A stretch of DNA of 64,000 nt from Utricularia gibba (GCA_002189035.1 NEEC01000012.1:372001-436000), one strand, 5' to 3'. Numbered from the stretch's first letter, positions 1 to 13,631 are shown. The notes: generated from the sequence alone by a model not told the origin. Numbers and translations: made by a program.

Positions 1-1746
1 TATGGATATAACACGTATTGTGTGAAAAAAAAATGCATACGCTATCAGAAGAGGACCAGCGCCTCATCTTTCTCCATCTGGATGAAAACTCGGCAACACA
101 GTCAAAAAATATAGCGTTCCACATGACTTGCATACAAGAAATGAACAGCATCCTACTAACAGATACATACGCAGCAGAAAAATTCCCAAAATCCCCAACT
201 GATTTTGAACAGAAATTAGATCCTTTTAACTCAGCATGAAGGCGTTTATCAGCATTACTGCATACTTCTTCATCCTTGGATACCGGAAAACAGTCCCTGT
301 GGTGTTTTCTATCGAACTGCCATGCACAGATAATAAGGAATCAGCATGTCAAAAGTTCCATGACTATCTTTCAAAAGATGAGATTACCTACCACTTTACT
401 ATCAAAAGTAAAAGATGATTTGGCATGCTCGACCTCAGGCTTCTGGTGGCTTTCCTTGTTGGATAGAAAATCAGATATAATGGTGCTAACAATCTCATCG
501 ATAAAAACCTTGCGTGCTGACTTCATAATTCCAGAGTGCAGTTGCAAAGAGACTTCTTCATAAATAAATGCTTCCATGCTGATTTCCGAATTACTAACAT
601 GGCCATTTGGATGCTGAATGAAGCCAGCGCTAGAAGTACCCCAAAAGTTCAAAAGCGAGCGCAATTCCAAGGGGTTACACTTGTTGCCAGAGTGGTATAT
701 CTACAAATAAAAAAAATTACCCATAGAATTAGAAAAATAAATAGCACCTGATAAATTTAAATGCATACGGGACCTTCCATGACCAAGAATAGGATGTCAA
801 CGGCCACAATATCTAATTGCAAATTGGGAATAAAAGTTTCTCGTGAAAAATATCTAACTTCTACATTTTATCATAGTGTGGAGCGCCTGCATATTTAAAC
901 CAGCAGCTCCTTAAAGAACAAACGGAGACAAAGTTCACTAACAAGACAGGAAAACAGACACAAGACCGGAATGAGAATGCCCAACAGCCAACTGTTGCTA
1001 GTTCTAGTTGCTTTTCATAACCTACGTATTCCATAGGAAAACATGCTGACAGTTGGAGATTTTACTTGGTTTCAACAACAGGATGTAAAACCAACATGAC
1101 CATACTGTAATGAATTATCCGAATTTGAAAATTGTAACCACCATCGACGAATTGCCTATATAACCATAGTGACACCATGAGTACAACGCCGTAAGTGAGT
1201 ACGGCCCGTGCTTAGTACCCTCTCCATCTTCAAGTAACCAACAACATTCATCAACAGACTGCCATTCAAAGAAAAAAACACACTTCATGTTACCGACCTT
1301 CAGAGTAAATTAAGATAAAACTAATCAACACAAACTTGGTTAAATCAATCGATCTGTACCGCAGAGTACCCATCACTATCGCCATTCCCCGGCAGCGATA
1401 CCCACTGATTAAATGCATGACCAGGCTCTTCCACGCGAGGATATATCCCACTCAAGCATGCGAAACCAGTGGCGATGTGCTCGGGGAATTGCTTGAAATA
1501 ACTGAGTGGCACAGGGTTGCCCAGATTGCCATTCATCAAAGGGTAAACATGAAGCTCCTCCGGCAAAAATCCGGTGTTTAATCCCTCGTAAAGCTGCTGC
1601 TGAATGTAAGGCCCGCACAACTGACCATTCTGATTCGTGTACATCCATCCAGTTACAACCGGCGGCGAATTACGTACAGCATCCGATGCTGCCACCGCCG
1701 CCGAAGATGACGATACGCCGACATAGCCATCCGACGCGCCGCCCAT
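1..1746 (-). CDS. ATXR7: Histone-lysine N-methyltransferase ATXR7/SDG25, 5' portion; gene continues past the left edge
   Basis: Exons 1746-1360, 1258-1142 and 700-~393 splice in frame with GT/AG ends. They encode two GYF-like motifs, GWMYTNQNGQLCGPYIQQQLYEGLNTGFLPEELHVYP...YFKQFPEHIATGF and CWLLEDGEGTKHGPYSLTALYSW, which match ATXR7 N-termini. Exons below 393 and the true start codon are not resolved. Confidence 0.88.
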
Positions 1747-2180
1747 CGCGGCGGCAGAATCTGACGTCTACCCTGGCGACAGCGAGACAAATTTTCCTCC
1801 GTTGCTCAATTTTGCGACTTTCGCGTAGCAAGCCTAGGGTTCATTTCGCAACTTAACGATCCGGTGTCGTTTCGGTTTCTAGGCTTGTAGCGTTCTCGAG
1901 CGTTATCTATCGTCTACACGGCAAATGGCAAAGTAAATCAGGGGTTCGTCTCGGAATTGACCACATAAAATAAAATCTTAATTCACAAGGGACCTAAGTG
2001 TAAAAAAATACCTATCGGCATCCATCCACATTGGCGCCTGGCTAGAATGATACGGGTATTTTGGCATGATACTCTTCAACAAAAAAAAAAGCTATATATG
2101 CAACATATTCCAACGTCTAATTAGTATCGTGGAGTTTTCTAATGAACTTATATTTTGCATTATATCATTATGGAGAAGAT

Positions 2181-3285
2181 GGAATGACACACCTACATTC
2201 AAATTAGCGAGAAATTCGATCAAGCGAATGAGGCTCCACCCGTGATGCATCTATCATCGGATCCATGTACTATCAAAGCATACGATCGCATTTCAGGACA
2301 TGTAATAAATGCACATCCTCATAGAGAGTTTACTCAAATTGTTTATGAAACAATGAAATATGTATAATGATAATATGAATGGTTCAAAGAAAAATGCATT
2401 TATATACTAACAATATACCTTGTCATCCCCCGCAAACCAAATCAAGAGAGTTGCAAATCGACTCTAACTTGTGGGAGATAACATTTAAGTGGTTAAACCA
2501 ACCTTCAAACCTTCAACTATACAAGAATGGCTTAAACCCCGAGCTTTTCCAATATACATCATATGGGAAATGACACTTCAGTATAGAATATAAAGATGAG
2601 ATCCAAGTATATGCCCACAACTACATAAAAAACATTGTAATATGACAATTTTAATAAATATAATACTAATAGAGTAAGCATGAAAAGGAATTTGAAGAAG
2701 ACGATGGGCACTGCCCATTGTAATGCACCTGAACACACATAAATTAAGCTCATGACACAAATTCACCAGAATAGCTATTCTCTAGCTAGTGACCATCCAA
2801 TGAGTTTGATCCACCATTCAATCAAGAACACTCAACTTGCCATAGTTACTAGAGGTATCTTGGAAAAAAAAACTCCACAATGGACAAGCAATACAATAGT
2901 ACAAGCAAAAAGTACAACTTGCACCTCTAGAGTCTCTACAATAATAGCAACGCACATATTCTAGATGTATGTTTGGAGAACAATCATAATGAATAGTGAA
3001 TCACTAACAATGAAGGGCTCATCGGGCTTTCATCTAAATTGCTCAACACATAGCTTATGCCATTATTGTGATGTGCATTTTGTGCATTTTGTGCAAGTGC
3101 AAATCATCAATGCACAATCAATATGAAGACCCCATAACATAGAAATGTCTTGGAGGGTGATGGTAGCCTCTCCACATGATAAGATGAAGGTGTGCATCTT
3201 TGGACGCTATATATCTACCAAAGTTTTGAGTAGATTTGAATCTAATTTCATTCTTAATGTTTTTAGAATCCCATAAAAACCTCAA
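2181..3285 (-). pseudogene. Degraded plant mobile domain (PMD, MAIN/MAIL-like, TE-associated) coding remnant
   Basis: Minus-strand translation gives [54 protein letters not shown] (PMD consensus [26 protein letters not shown]; TGG->TAG at 3209-3207). It also gives S*RIAILVNLCHEL (cf. SWGSAVLAxLYRELC) and VEPHSLDRISR*FECRCVIP (cf. VEWHxPDRVxRQFG..Q.IP). Confidence 0.75.
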
Positions 3286-4929
3286 TGATCAAAATGTATC
3301 GCAGCCCTCTTCTCTCATGATCTGTTTGTCAAGAATTTGTAACTATACGTGAACTATATTGTTTTAAACTAATCCTTATAATAGATCATAATTAATGTGA
3401 TGCTATTACATATCCAACAAGCTTAGATCCTTAGGATCATAAACTCTTAAACGAGAATACATGTTGATCTAGAGAAAAGTTATTAAAAAAATTAATAAGT
3501 ATCACATATTAAACAAGAAATAATATAACAAATTAATAAATAAAATGTATTAATCGACAAAAAAGAAAATAATGAAAACATATTATTAATTTAAAAAAAT
3601 ATCATGTTGATCTATAGAAAATTTACAAATAAATAAATAAGTATCATATATTAAACAAGCAAAAATATAACAAATTAATAAATAAAATAATTAATTAATA
3701 CAAAAATAAATTGATAAAATAAACTAGTAAACAACATGTATATCTAACAAATCTAACATAGAATACACATATTGTTACCATGAAAAATCATTATAAAAAG
3801 AAAAAGACTAGAGATTCAGTATAACCTAAATTTATAAAAAATAGAAGATTTTTCTCAAATTCCATTAGAAACCCCACGTTTTTTCAATCTGACAATGAAA
3901 ATGGTTGAAGAATCAATCTAGTTTTAATCTCTCTAAAAAGCACTAATTGGACAATTGTTGTCAAAGATGAATCTTACAAATCAAAATGTCTTGGCAACGA
4001 TGAAGGTTGTAAAATGGTGCTACATCCATGTTGCCATTAGTAATGGCACCTTAAATGTAGGCACTTTTAGTAATGATGCCATGACTTTTCACACGTCATT
4101 ATTAATGGCATCTGATTGTAAGGCACCATCACTAATAGTAGATGCCATTAGTAATCATCTAGTATTATTAATTTATTTCACATTTTGACCTACATTATAC
4201 AATCCATTTTTTCTTGGGAGATGATGCCCCATTTTATTTGATGAGAAGAAAGTCAACTAGGTAAGATATATAGAAATTCTTCAGGTGGTGGATGTCATAT
4301 GCTCACCAAAATGATTAGAGTTTCTGTAGCTAAAAAAGCTACGCATTTGCATACAAGTTACCTTGTCAAACTTCCTTTCCATCTATATCCTAACTCTACA
4401 TGACCCATCAAAGAGTCAATTTTTTTTTTTCCAAAATGGGGTAGCATATCCCCCATAATAGAGATTTGGTTAAGAAGACATAATAAAAAGAAAGAAATTT
4501 CATCTCAATATTAAATTTCATTCATGTATAAATACCAGAATGAAAAAACAAAGCAAAAACTAACTTTTGAGCAAAGTAGAACAACTAAAGGTAAGAGAAA
4601 ATGTTTTTGCATTCTTGGCACATTTTAGGACACTCCTCTTTGTGATCTTTCAATCTCATTATAAATTCTCTTCTCTTATTGTGTGAGCACTTCCATTTTT
4701 CTTTTTTATTATAATTTACTACATGTTTACTCTTTTCTTTCCATAATCACCCAAACGTGATTTGATGTTAGAAAAGTCCACATAAAAAGAATATGGTAAG
4801 TTTAAAACTTTGGAATTTACTCCTGTAAAAATATCTAATACTTCTATCTTGATCGTAATAATTTTGTTACTTTGAATTTGTAGTTTTCTTATTTTCTTTG
4901 GAACATTTATATATTTTTTTCAGATTTTG

Positions 4930-7900
4930 ATTCACCTAAAGATGGACATGGAGATAAATTCATATCAGCCTCTAAATGATAATTCTACTCCATCACTATT
5001 CTCAATCCATGTTGCAACAAAGGAAATTGGGCAAAGTAGTGATAATTTACACCGTCAAAATGAAGATAATTTAAAAGTAAATAATGAAGATACAACTTAT
5101 CAGGGTAAAAAGAAGAAATTGAACTCAAAATGATGGATTCATTATAGATGCTTCTATGATGAACAAAGAAAAAAATGGTAGATTGAATGCAATTATTGAG
5201 GATACTACTTTGAAGATACAAAAAATGATACTTCACATTTGAAGAAACACTTAATGATAAGTTGCTTGAAATGGCACAAAAGACAACTTGATATTAAATA
5301 GTATGTTTTGAAGATGAAAAAAGATGAAGTCCTAAAGAGGTACAAGTATGATCAAAACATTTCAAAATAAAAACCCACAAAAATCATTATTTTATACAAT
5401 TATCCTATAAATATGGTAGATCGTGTGGGATTTAGGAGATTCTATTACTCTTTCAACCCTAGATTCCATATGACATCTAGACATTCTCTTAAAAGAGATA
5501 TCATGAAAATGTATGTAAATCACATATCTAAATGTAATTTGCTATTGGAATAAATGAAATATCGCATAACTATCACCACTAACATATAGATATCATGTAA
5601 TAGCAAAAGAGGATCCATGGCCATTACAAGACATTTAATTGATAATAGTTGGACCTTAAAGAGTTGTCTATTAAGATACAATTAAAAAGTTTGATCTTTA
5701 AAAGTATAATAATTGTGTATCTTATTTAATTATTTGTCTTCAATGAATTCGTATATGTTTCTGCATCCCATATAGATGAAGTGATTTTGGATATATTACT
5801 TGACACTTTTGTGGTTAGAATATAGACAGCAAGCTCTCCACAATTAATATGGAGAATTGTTCTGCAAATGATGTTACAATTGCACCACAATTGACAAACT
5901 CTCAAAAAAGGACTTGCTCCTTGATGAGAATGTATTGCATATGCATTGTAACGCTCATATATTGAATTCAATTGTGCATAATGGCTTAAATGCGATTAAG
6001 GAATCAATACAATACATTCATGAAAGTGTATTGTTCTCATCAGCTTCACCAAAAAGGGTATAGAAATTTGACTATGCTGCAAATCAATGTAAGATTGCAT
6101 TTTATTGAAAATTATTGCTTGATTGTAGTGCAAGGTGGAATTCTACTTTATGATGCTTGAGACAACCATAAATCATAAAGAAGTTCGTTCACATCTTAGA
6201 CACATGGATAAGATATATAAGTACGTGCTTAATAACGATGATTGGGATAAGGCAATAAAGATTTGTGATAAATTGAAAGTTTTTTATGATTAAACATTGA
6301 TGTTTTCATATACTCTTCAGTACACTTCTGTTAAGTGTCATTGTCTCATTATCTTTTAGATTATTTTTATATTTAAATGTGATTAAAATTGTTTAATTAG
6401 AAGTTTATAATATAAGATTTAGGTTTTTATATAGTTTAGGGTAATTTTCCTAAATCTTGTATTTTATTTAATATTTTGTCTAGTTTTAATTAAGTTTTTC
6501 TAGAGATGAACACATGACAGGAAGTATGAGAAAGAAAGCAACAAATGGTGATAAAATAGATCTTCATGAACTGACTCTCTTTGATTTCCAGAAGACTGCA
6601 AACACCTAATCATGAGCCTTGAAGTGCGGTAAACGAGAGTCTCTAACAAATGAAATCATTAAAGTAGTAGTATCAGAGCAAACATTTTCTTGCGAGTCAC
6701 TCCAGTCCAGTAGAACCAGAGGAACACGAAAAGTCGAACAAAGTAGTTCAATCCAGTTCAGTTCGGACAATTCAGTATTTATTTTTCAGTTTTAGTTTTA
6801 CTTGTAATTTATCTCTCTAAAGGATTTTCTTCTAGCTTATCTCTAGAACTTTGTTTTCGTTTCTTAGTTTGTATGGCCGTTCGCGGTTAGAAACTTTCGT
6901 TTATGGGTTGGGATACTCCCAAATTTATGTTTCCTTATTTGATTTTCATTTCTTTTTTGAATCTGATTGGGTTCCGTATGTCTTCGCGTGACTATGTTAC
7001 AATCTTTTTGTAATAGACCCCTTATTCAAGATTTATAGTTAATTGATCATTACCTACAAGTTTTGAAAAAGAGCAAGGTGGAAAGCATCAACTCATGTTC
7101 TTTTGGTAGGAGGGAGATAACGTTTTGTTTGTGGACATACCTCAAGATCAATGGGCATATAGTGACCTCGTATCTCAACTCATTATATCATTGGCAACAC
7201 TCAAGCTCACGGGCACAATTCGACCGTGAAGGTATGATGACAGTACCTCTTATCTTCACGTTCGTCCAAGGAGGAGCAACATCGAGCTATTCCTATGACT
7301 TCTTGCAAGAGAGTGTAAGGGAAGGTAGGTAATTCCTTACTCTTATAACCGAGCACTCGCGAAGATCAAAGAAGAGTGAAGACAAGACGAACATAGCTGG
7401 TCAAGATTTTGATCCAAGGAACATTCTCTTTATTTAAAGTTTATCGCTTAAGTTTATTTCTATTGTTTGTTTACAATCCTCTTATCCCTTTACTCAAGCT
7501 TCATCATTTATGTTTCTCGCACCTTTACTTTACAAAACCGTTTACAAATCGTGACAATTGTATCCGGTGTAACTTCGCCTTTCACCAAAAAACAATTTCA
7601 TGTATTCGACACCCGTACTACGTAGTTTGTATTTTACGAGTTTAAAAATATTTAAATTTTGTTGTGGAAACAATATACATCAACTTCGAATGAGTTATTT
7701 CCCATAGTTTGTGATATAAAGATTAAGTTTGATGAATGGATGAGAAACAAGAACTATATGATTTCTACTTTGGCAACAATGATGCATGAAAAATTTTCTA
7801 AATATTGGGATTCTTTTACTGGATTTTAAGTATTGTAGCAATTTTGGACCTTCGATATAAGATTAGACTTGTTTAGTTTTATTTTCCAAAAATTTATGAC

Positions 7901-8340
7901 AAGACCATTGCTAATTTGAAAATTGAGAAAGTGCAAAAAATTGTTAGAAACTATTGAAATATTATGCAATTGATGTTTCAAGTTCTATGCATTCATTTGC
8001 AAATAAAGAAAATTATTGTTATTTAAGTCTTCCTCTAATTGTTGATCAATGTTGTTATATGATGAATTTATGATAAATGAATTGATTATATCCAATCCTA
8101 AGGATTCAGAGTTTGATTGGTACTTGAAGGAGCCGGTTTTGCCAAAAATGAAAAATTTCAATGTTCTAATATGGGGTTTATATCTTAAATTAAAAAAATA
8201 GCTAATAACCTTTTAGTTATTTCAATCTCTATAGTGGCCTATGAATCTACATTTAGTGTGGGTGAGAAAATTATTACCCCTCAATGTAGTAAACTTAACA
8301 AAGGTATATTGAAAACATTAATATATACTAGTATTTGGTT
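4930..8340 (+). mobile_element. Decayed hAT transposase remnant (BED finger, DDE core, C-terminal dimerization domain), interrupted by a solo LTR
   Basis: Frameshifted and stopped motifs occur in the expected order: TSHLKKHL, YPINMVDRVGF, NCSAND, HMHCNAHILNSIV, DCSARWNST, MHEKFSKYW..ILDLRYK, SEFDWYLKE, ISIVAYESTFSVG. Confidence 0.85.
6329..7682 (+). mobile_element. Solo LTR (1354 bp), probably Ty3/gypsy, inserted in the hAT remnant
   Basis: Begins TGTTAAGTG and ends TACATCA, flanked by the 5-bp TSD ACTTC (6324-6328 and 7683-7687). Removing it rejoins the hAT YTS-NELF motif. Both ends resemble the LTRs at 46499-48470 and 55485-56774. Strand is relative and the superfamily is an inference. Confidence 0.85.
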
Positions 8341-10461
8341 GTGGACACAACCACATTTCTATTTCACAAGTGGTCATAGACCAAACCCGAAATTTTAGGA
8401 AGGTAGTTGAATTATAAATTCTCAAGGTGTCTAATAGATCACCTTATAAAGATCATAAGTCAACCATATTTGAATGTCAATAAAGCAAAGCCTTACTTAA
8501 TAGTTGATGTGAACTTTCGATCCAAAAAACTCATGCTGTCACTCCAAAAATCTTTACTTAGTCTAACAATGTTCTGGAAGAGCCAATCGCCTACATTGTC
8601 TGCTTTTACAACAATGTGCAACATGTATGCTAACTTTAGGCTATAGTGTCTAATTATCAAATTTCTCCATGATCATCCTTCATAACTTTCTTGCTCTAAT
8701 TGAGGATTTCCATTTAGCATCTACCTCAAATGACTAGTATGAAATAGCTTGAAACAACTTTATGAACATACCAAGAAATCTCGAGAGCGTCCTGTCATGA
8801 CCCTTCATATAGAAAACCAAAAGATAATGATGGTGAAGTTGGAGAATCAAGTGAGAACTCTACTTGAGTTGAATCAAAGTTTTACCCGCTAGCTCACAAG
8901 CAGTACTGAACAATGAGAAATAGGCTACCTAGTCTAAATGCCCAAACTCCTAAGCCCAAGTGATAGGTTTTCGGGTATGTTTGGATAATCCTCAAACAGT
9001 GTAGCTTTCATGTTTGATGAGTTCTAGCCCAATTATCCTTAGCAAAGCTTTTGTATATGTCTTTCTATTTAACATTCTAGTATTATCTAGTTTTGTACAT
9101 ACGACTCCCATTTGCATTTGTTGATAACATCTCACACCTAAAAATACATTTTTATGATGTTCAGTATGAAGATTATATACTTGTTTCTTTAGAGCTTCCA
9201 CAAGATCCATTTTATACTTCTCCCCTCACTTGAACAGATTAGCCTTCAAGTTAAAGCCTATCTCACGATAAACCCACTTAGGCTTTATGGCCTTCTTGTT
9301 ACTAGATTAACATTATGCATATATTCTCATCATAATCAAATGTTATTGGGTTAAGAGATTTTTGACTATTTATCATGATTTCCATAACATCAAATGATTT
9401 TTAGGCATTATGAATAGGACATGAAAAGGCAAAGAGTGATAACCTGAAAAATAGGAAAATTAGAAGTCTTGGCTACTAGAATCAAAATCTACATTATCAA
9501 TTATAAAGTTCTAAAGAAAAAACAAATCAAGAAACTCAAGAACAATTGAGAGAATTATCATCTACTTTGCATGAGTTGTAATAATTCTTCTCAAAAGCTC
9601 TTTATTCTCCCTTGATTATGATATTTTATACCCATATAAAGTCAAGTGAAAAGATAGGTTACAGACTTCCGTTGCCTCTTTCATGACACCATCTTCTTGG
9701 TGGCTTGATATCTCATCCTCTTTTTTCAGGAAAAGCTTATTCCTATCAAGTTAGACAAATTTACAAGGGGTTTTCCATCAAGCACATTTCATTAGGATAT
9801 TCGAGGGGCTACCTTCTTTTTGAGCGATCCAAAGGAAATAAGACTCCTAGCATTGCTCATCGAACAAGAGGTCAATACTTTCTGTATTCTCATGGGATGA
9901 TTGAAAGAGAAGAAGGCACCTCATGCATCCTCATTTAGCAATCTTATATCTTCATCACCATCATCAATCAAGTTCTCATTCTCTCAAATGAGATAGGTCC
10001 CCCTCTTTAGCCCTTTAGTATAATGTAAAAATATTTATTCTATTTCACTGTAATATTAATTTACTTAATTTTTTCTATTAATTTATTATAGGGATTAGAT
10101 TTATTATGTTTCTCTACAATACTCACATATCTATTTCTCACGCAATTTATAATTTAACTATGGGTGACTTGGAATTTTTTTGCATTTTAAAATAATTTAA
10201 ATTTAATCAAATTGTTATTATAAATATTTTATGATTCAAAACGATTCAATTAAAATTGACTTCCATTTTTTAAAACACTCTTCACATGAACCATATGATA
10301 TATGATAAATTAAATTACTTAGTATGTCCATTGGATTAGTTCAAATATATTTTGGGTATGCATTGATGTCTTCATTACCCGCAAGGATCTTGTCCTGAAG
10401 CAATGCATTAATTCAGGGGGAACTAGTAGAGTACAGAGGCCGTGAGGGCAAAGTTCGTTTA

Positions 10462-12978
10462 TCTGTCATTGAAGAACATACAGTCCACGGCTCCAGCTTT
10501 CATTAACAAAGAAGACAGACTCCAAATTCCAAAAGCATGAAGACAAGGGTAATCTTCAGCCCTTGGATGGTTCATCAAGTGAAGATGCATGCCCTCCCCT
10601 CTTCCACATTTCTACATCACAAAAATAGGGTAACGCATGAGGAACCAGTAACACCACCAGGGGTTGTTGAACCGAACATAAAACCAGCTTTACATGGAAC
10701 TGATACCTATGCTGGCTATTCATGCACTTTTAACAAAAAAAAAAACGGTAAAACAAATGTCAACTTTCATTGAACTTTCATACCACTGCTGAACCTTCCG
10801 AAATTCGGTGAGAACTGGGTATATATTCTCGAAGGCTCTATATGTTTCATCTCTGACCTGCAAAATTAATAGGAAGGTCAGGGTCTTGAGTATTCTAAGG
10901 AGCAGAACCACACTAGTGGCTCTGGTCAACCTGAAAATTTGAAAATTCACTACCTTAGCTCCAGTAAGCACAATTTTCCCAGACACAAAAATCAGAAGCA
11001 CTATCTTGGGCTGTTTCATCCGGTAGATTAGCCCAGGAAAGAGTTCTGGCTCATACTGAATTCAGGAGTAATGAACAAAATGAAAGTTAGGAGGGCAAAC
11101 CATGGATAAGACGGATATGTGAGTTGAGTGAAAACCAGCACACTGATCAGAAACATAAGTTGGTCATTAATTATTTGAGCGACAAAACACATCACAGTGT
11201 CCATGTGGCGAAGACAAGATGGGCAGTCTTTAATAATATTAAACCAAAAGTTCAATCCAAGAAGATGCATCAAAAAATAAAAATAGTTAAAGAGGAAAGA
11301 GTAAAGAGTAAAAAGAACACCCACACTTGAAAAGGCACCATGGGAATAAGCAAGGCCTTCAAGTCGAATGGGAAATTTTACATCGCATGACCCAACTATG
11401 TTTTGAATCTTGAAATCCTACAAGCATAAAAACAAACATTACGAACGGCAATCAGAAAATCATCTGCTGAGATAAGAGCCTAGATTTAAAAGTTTTGATC
11501 GAAATGAACATAGCAAGCAAATGAATCAAAAGTACCTTGAACTTTGCTGGGAACCCAAGCTTTTGAATGATTCGTGCATACTGAAAAAGGAATAACGAAA
11601 TAATTAGTTAACCTACCCAACAAAATCTTTAACAGAGAATGTACACTACATAACAAATCCGTACATTGAATTTTACAGAACCAGCAGAAAAATGTATAAT
11701 ACATAGTGACAGTAAAAAAGCAAATGAATTTTCACTCAGATGCAACTCAGTTTATCATATACTCTTCAATACCTTTCGAGCAGCCAGTTTTGATTGTTGC
11801 TCACTTTTTGCTCCTGTGCACACCTGAAAGCAATGGAGGACGGAAGATTAGGAAAAATTATCCGAGATCAAAATTTAGTCTTCATAAACAACTGAAAAAA
11901 AAAACAACCATGAGAACTTCCAAACACGTACCATCTTTCCAGATGCAAATATCAGAGCCGTTGTTTTTGGTTCTCTTATTCTCATAATCACTGCAGCAAA
12001 ACGCTATAACACCAAAAAGAATGTAAGGATGCTCTATAGCAGATGGAAAATAAAAGCCACTAGAAGAATAAGTTTTCATAAATTTTTCAGATAAAAATAA
12101 AAGTTACAATGCATACTTTAAGACCTACGAAAGTGGACAAAAAATAGTACTTTAAAAAAATTAAGGGATGCTCCATCATGAGGTTAGGGGCTGATAATTG
12201 TAGAATACGCAAATAGTGCTGAGACATAAAAAACAGTGTTTGGAAAACTTATCGGATGCTCTTGAGCTAGGAAAATAGTTAAATATTATTTTTGTTGAAA
12301 CAAAGAGAGTCCCAGTGTTACGAATTTTGGGGTGTAAAACTGTTAATGCGAGCTAGGGAAAAGTATAAAACGCATCACAAATATACATTTAGTATACCTT
12401 AGGATTATACTCAGCATTTCGGGCCTGCAATGCTATTGCTTTCAGATCCAATTTACAATCCAAGTTAACAGTTGATACAATGTTCCTTCATTCATTAAAG
12501 AAGAGCTATCAAATAAATACGAAATTGATTTGATTTTTTTTTTCATGCTACCACCAGCAGAATATGATTGTAGAGGGCATACAACGAGTTCAGATCCACT
12601 ATTGGGCATTCTTAATACGAAAGAAAACCTTATTCTTTCAAGGGATTCAAACTTTAATAGTATCAGCATAGTCATATGCAACAGAAAGCAGCTCCTACAT
12701 TATATTTTCCGACACCTTGCTTTGAAGAAGTAACAAAAGAATTAGTCAACGTAAGTTAGTTCAAAGCTCGAGATTTAGCATTCCGATGGCCCACATCCAC
12801 ATCAGAAAAACCCGCTGACAAACGCACCAAAGTAGAGATAATAAAAGGCTCTCGCAAGACACCATCACAACTTAAGAAGAAGCAGAAATTCATCTCACTG
12901 GAGAATCGGAACAATTCCAGAAGGATGCTTATCAAGATCAACTGGTTGGTTCTCTTCAATTCCTTGAGGGTCTGCCAT
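10462..12978 (-). CDS. TBP: TATA-box-binding protein, 201 aa
   Basis: Exons 12978-12899, 12485-12398, 12003-11932, 11823-11773, 11580-11536, 11417-11325, 11055-10954, 10857-10784, plus the last stop-codon base at 10462 (TG|A). Protein runs [42 protein letters not shown]...[34 protein letters not shown]...FRKVQQ. A 5'UTR intron lies at about 12986-13269. Confidence 0.97.
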
Positions 12979-13461
12979 CAGGCACCTGTTTACGCATAAT
13001 ACATCCCTTCAGCAAGTGTCCACGAGTTAATTTCAGGTCCCCCCCCCCCACCCCAAACAAAAAAAAACACCCTAAGAAACATTCATAATTCTATTCCTCG
13101 CTTCTGTATGCATACATCCAAGCTTCAGGCACTACCCTCCAATGCCGAAAACCCATACTTGAATTCGATTAGAAAACAAGTATATTGATTAAAATGACAA
13201 GACTGCGCATGGACTAGCTCGTAGAGAACGATAAAAAAGACGAACCGGAGGACAAGAACAAAAACTCACCTGAACACAAATCGAAGGCCGAATTTATCCG
13301 AATTTCACCCCGATCCAAAGCGTGACGGTTTCAATTGACAGAACTATGGTTAGGATGTCTTCAGATGCAGGGCGATCCCAGAAAACCAAGAACCATGAGA
13401 GAAAAAAAACGACGATTTCAATTATGCCGTAGAGAGATATATATAGGGATTGGGGTCGGGG

Positions 13462-13631
13462 TATATATATATATACACACACGAGGAAATCTGATTGGGG
13501 AATTTCCATCTTACATATCTTACGCGCCCCTTTTTTTAACACCGACGACCAAGTAGTGTCGGCCCACGCTTCTAACTGCTCGCTGAGCCCAATAACCCAC
13601 CACAAAGTGGGCTTCTTCCTTATTCAGCCCA
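13462..13631 (-). promoter_or_regulatory. TBP promoter: TA-repeat TATA-like element and four site II (TGGGCY) motifs
   Basis: TATATATATATA at about 13462-13475; GGCCCA 13561-13566, AGCCCA 13586-13591, TGGGCT 13608-13613, AGCCCA 13626-13631. Confidence 0.55.

Noticed and set aside
8350-10020. Possible Sirevirus-like LTR or other repeat (TGATAGG start at 8961, CCCCCTCTT near 10000)
   Set aside because: No CA terminus, TSD or coding motif could be established.
13039-13054. C11-A-C4 tract (G-rich on the sense strand) in the TBP 5'UTR intron as a G-quadruplex
   Set aside because: It is a simple homopolymer whose length is unreliable in this assembly, and nothing else supports a function.
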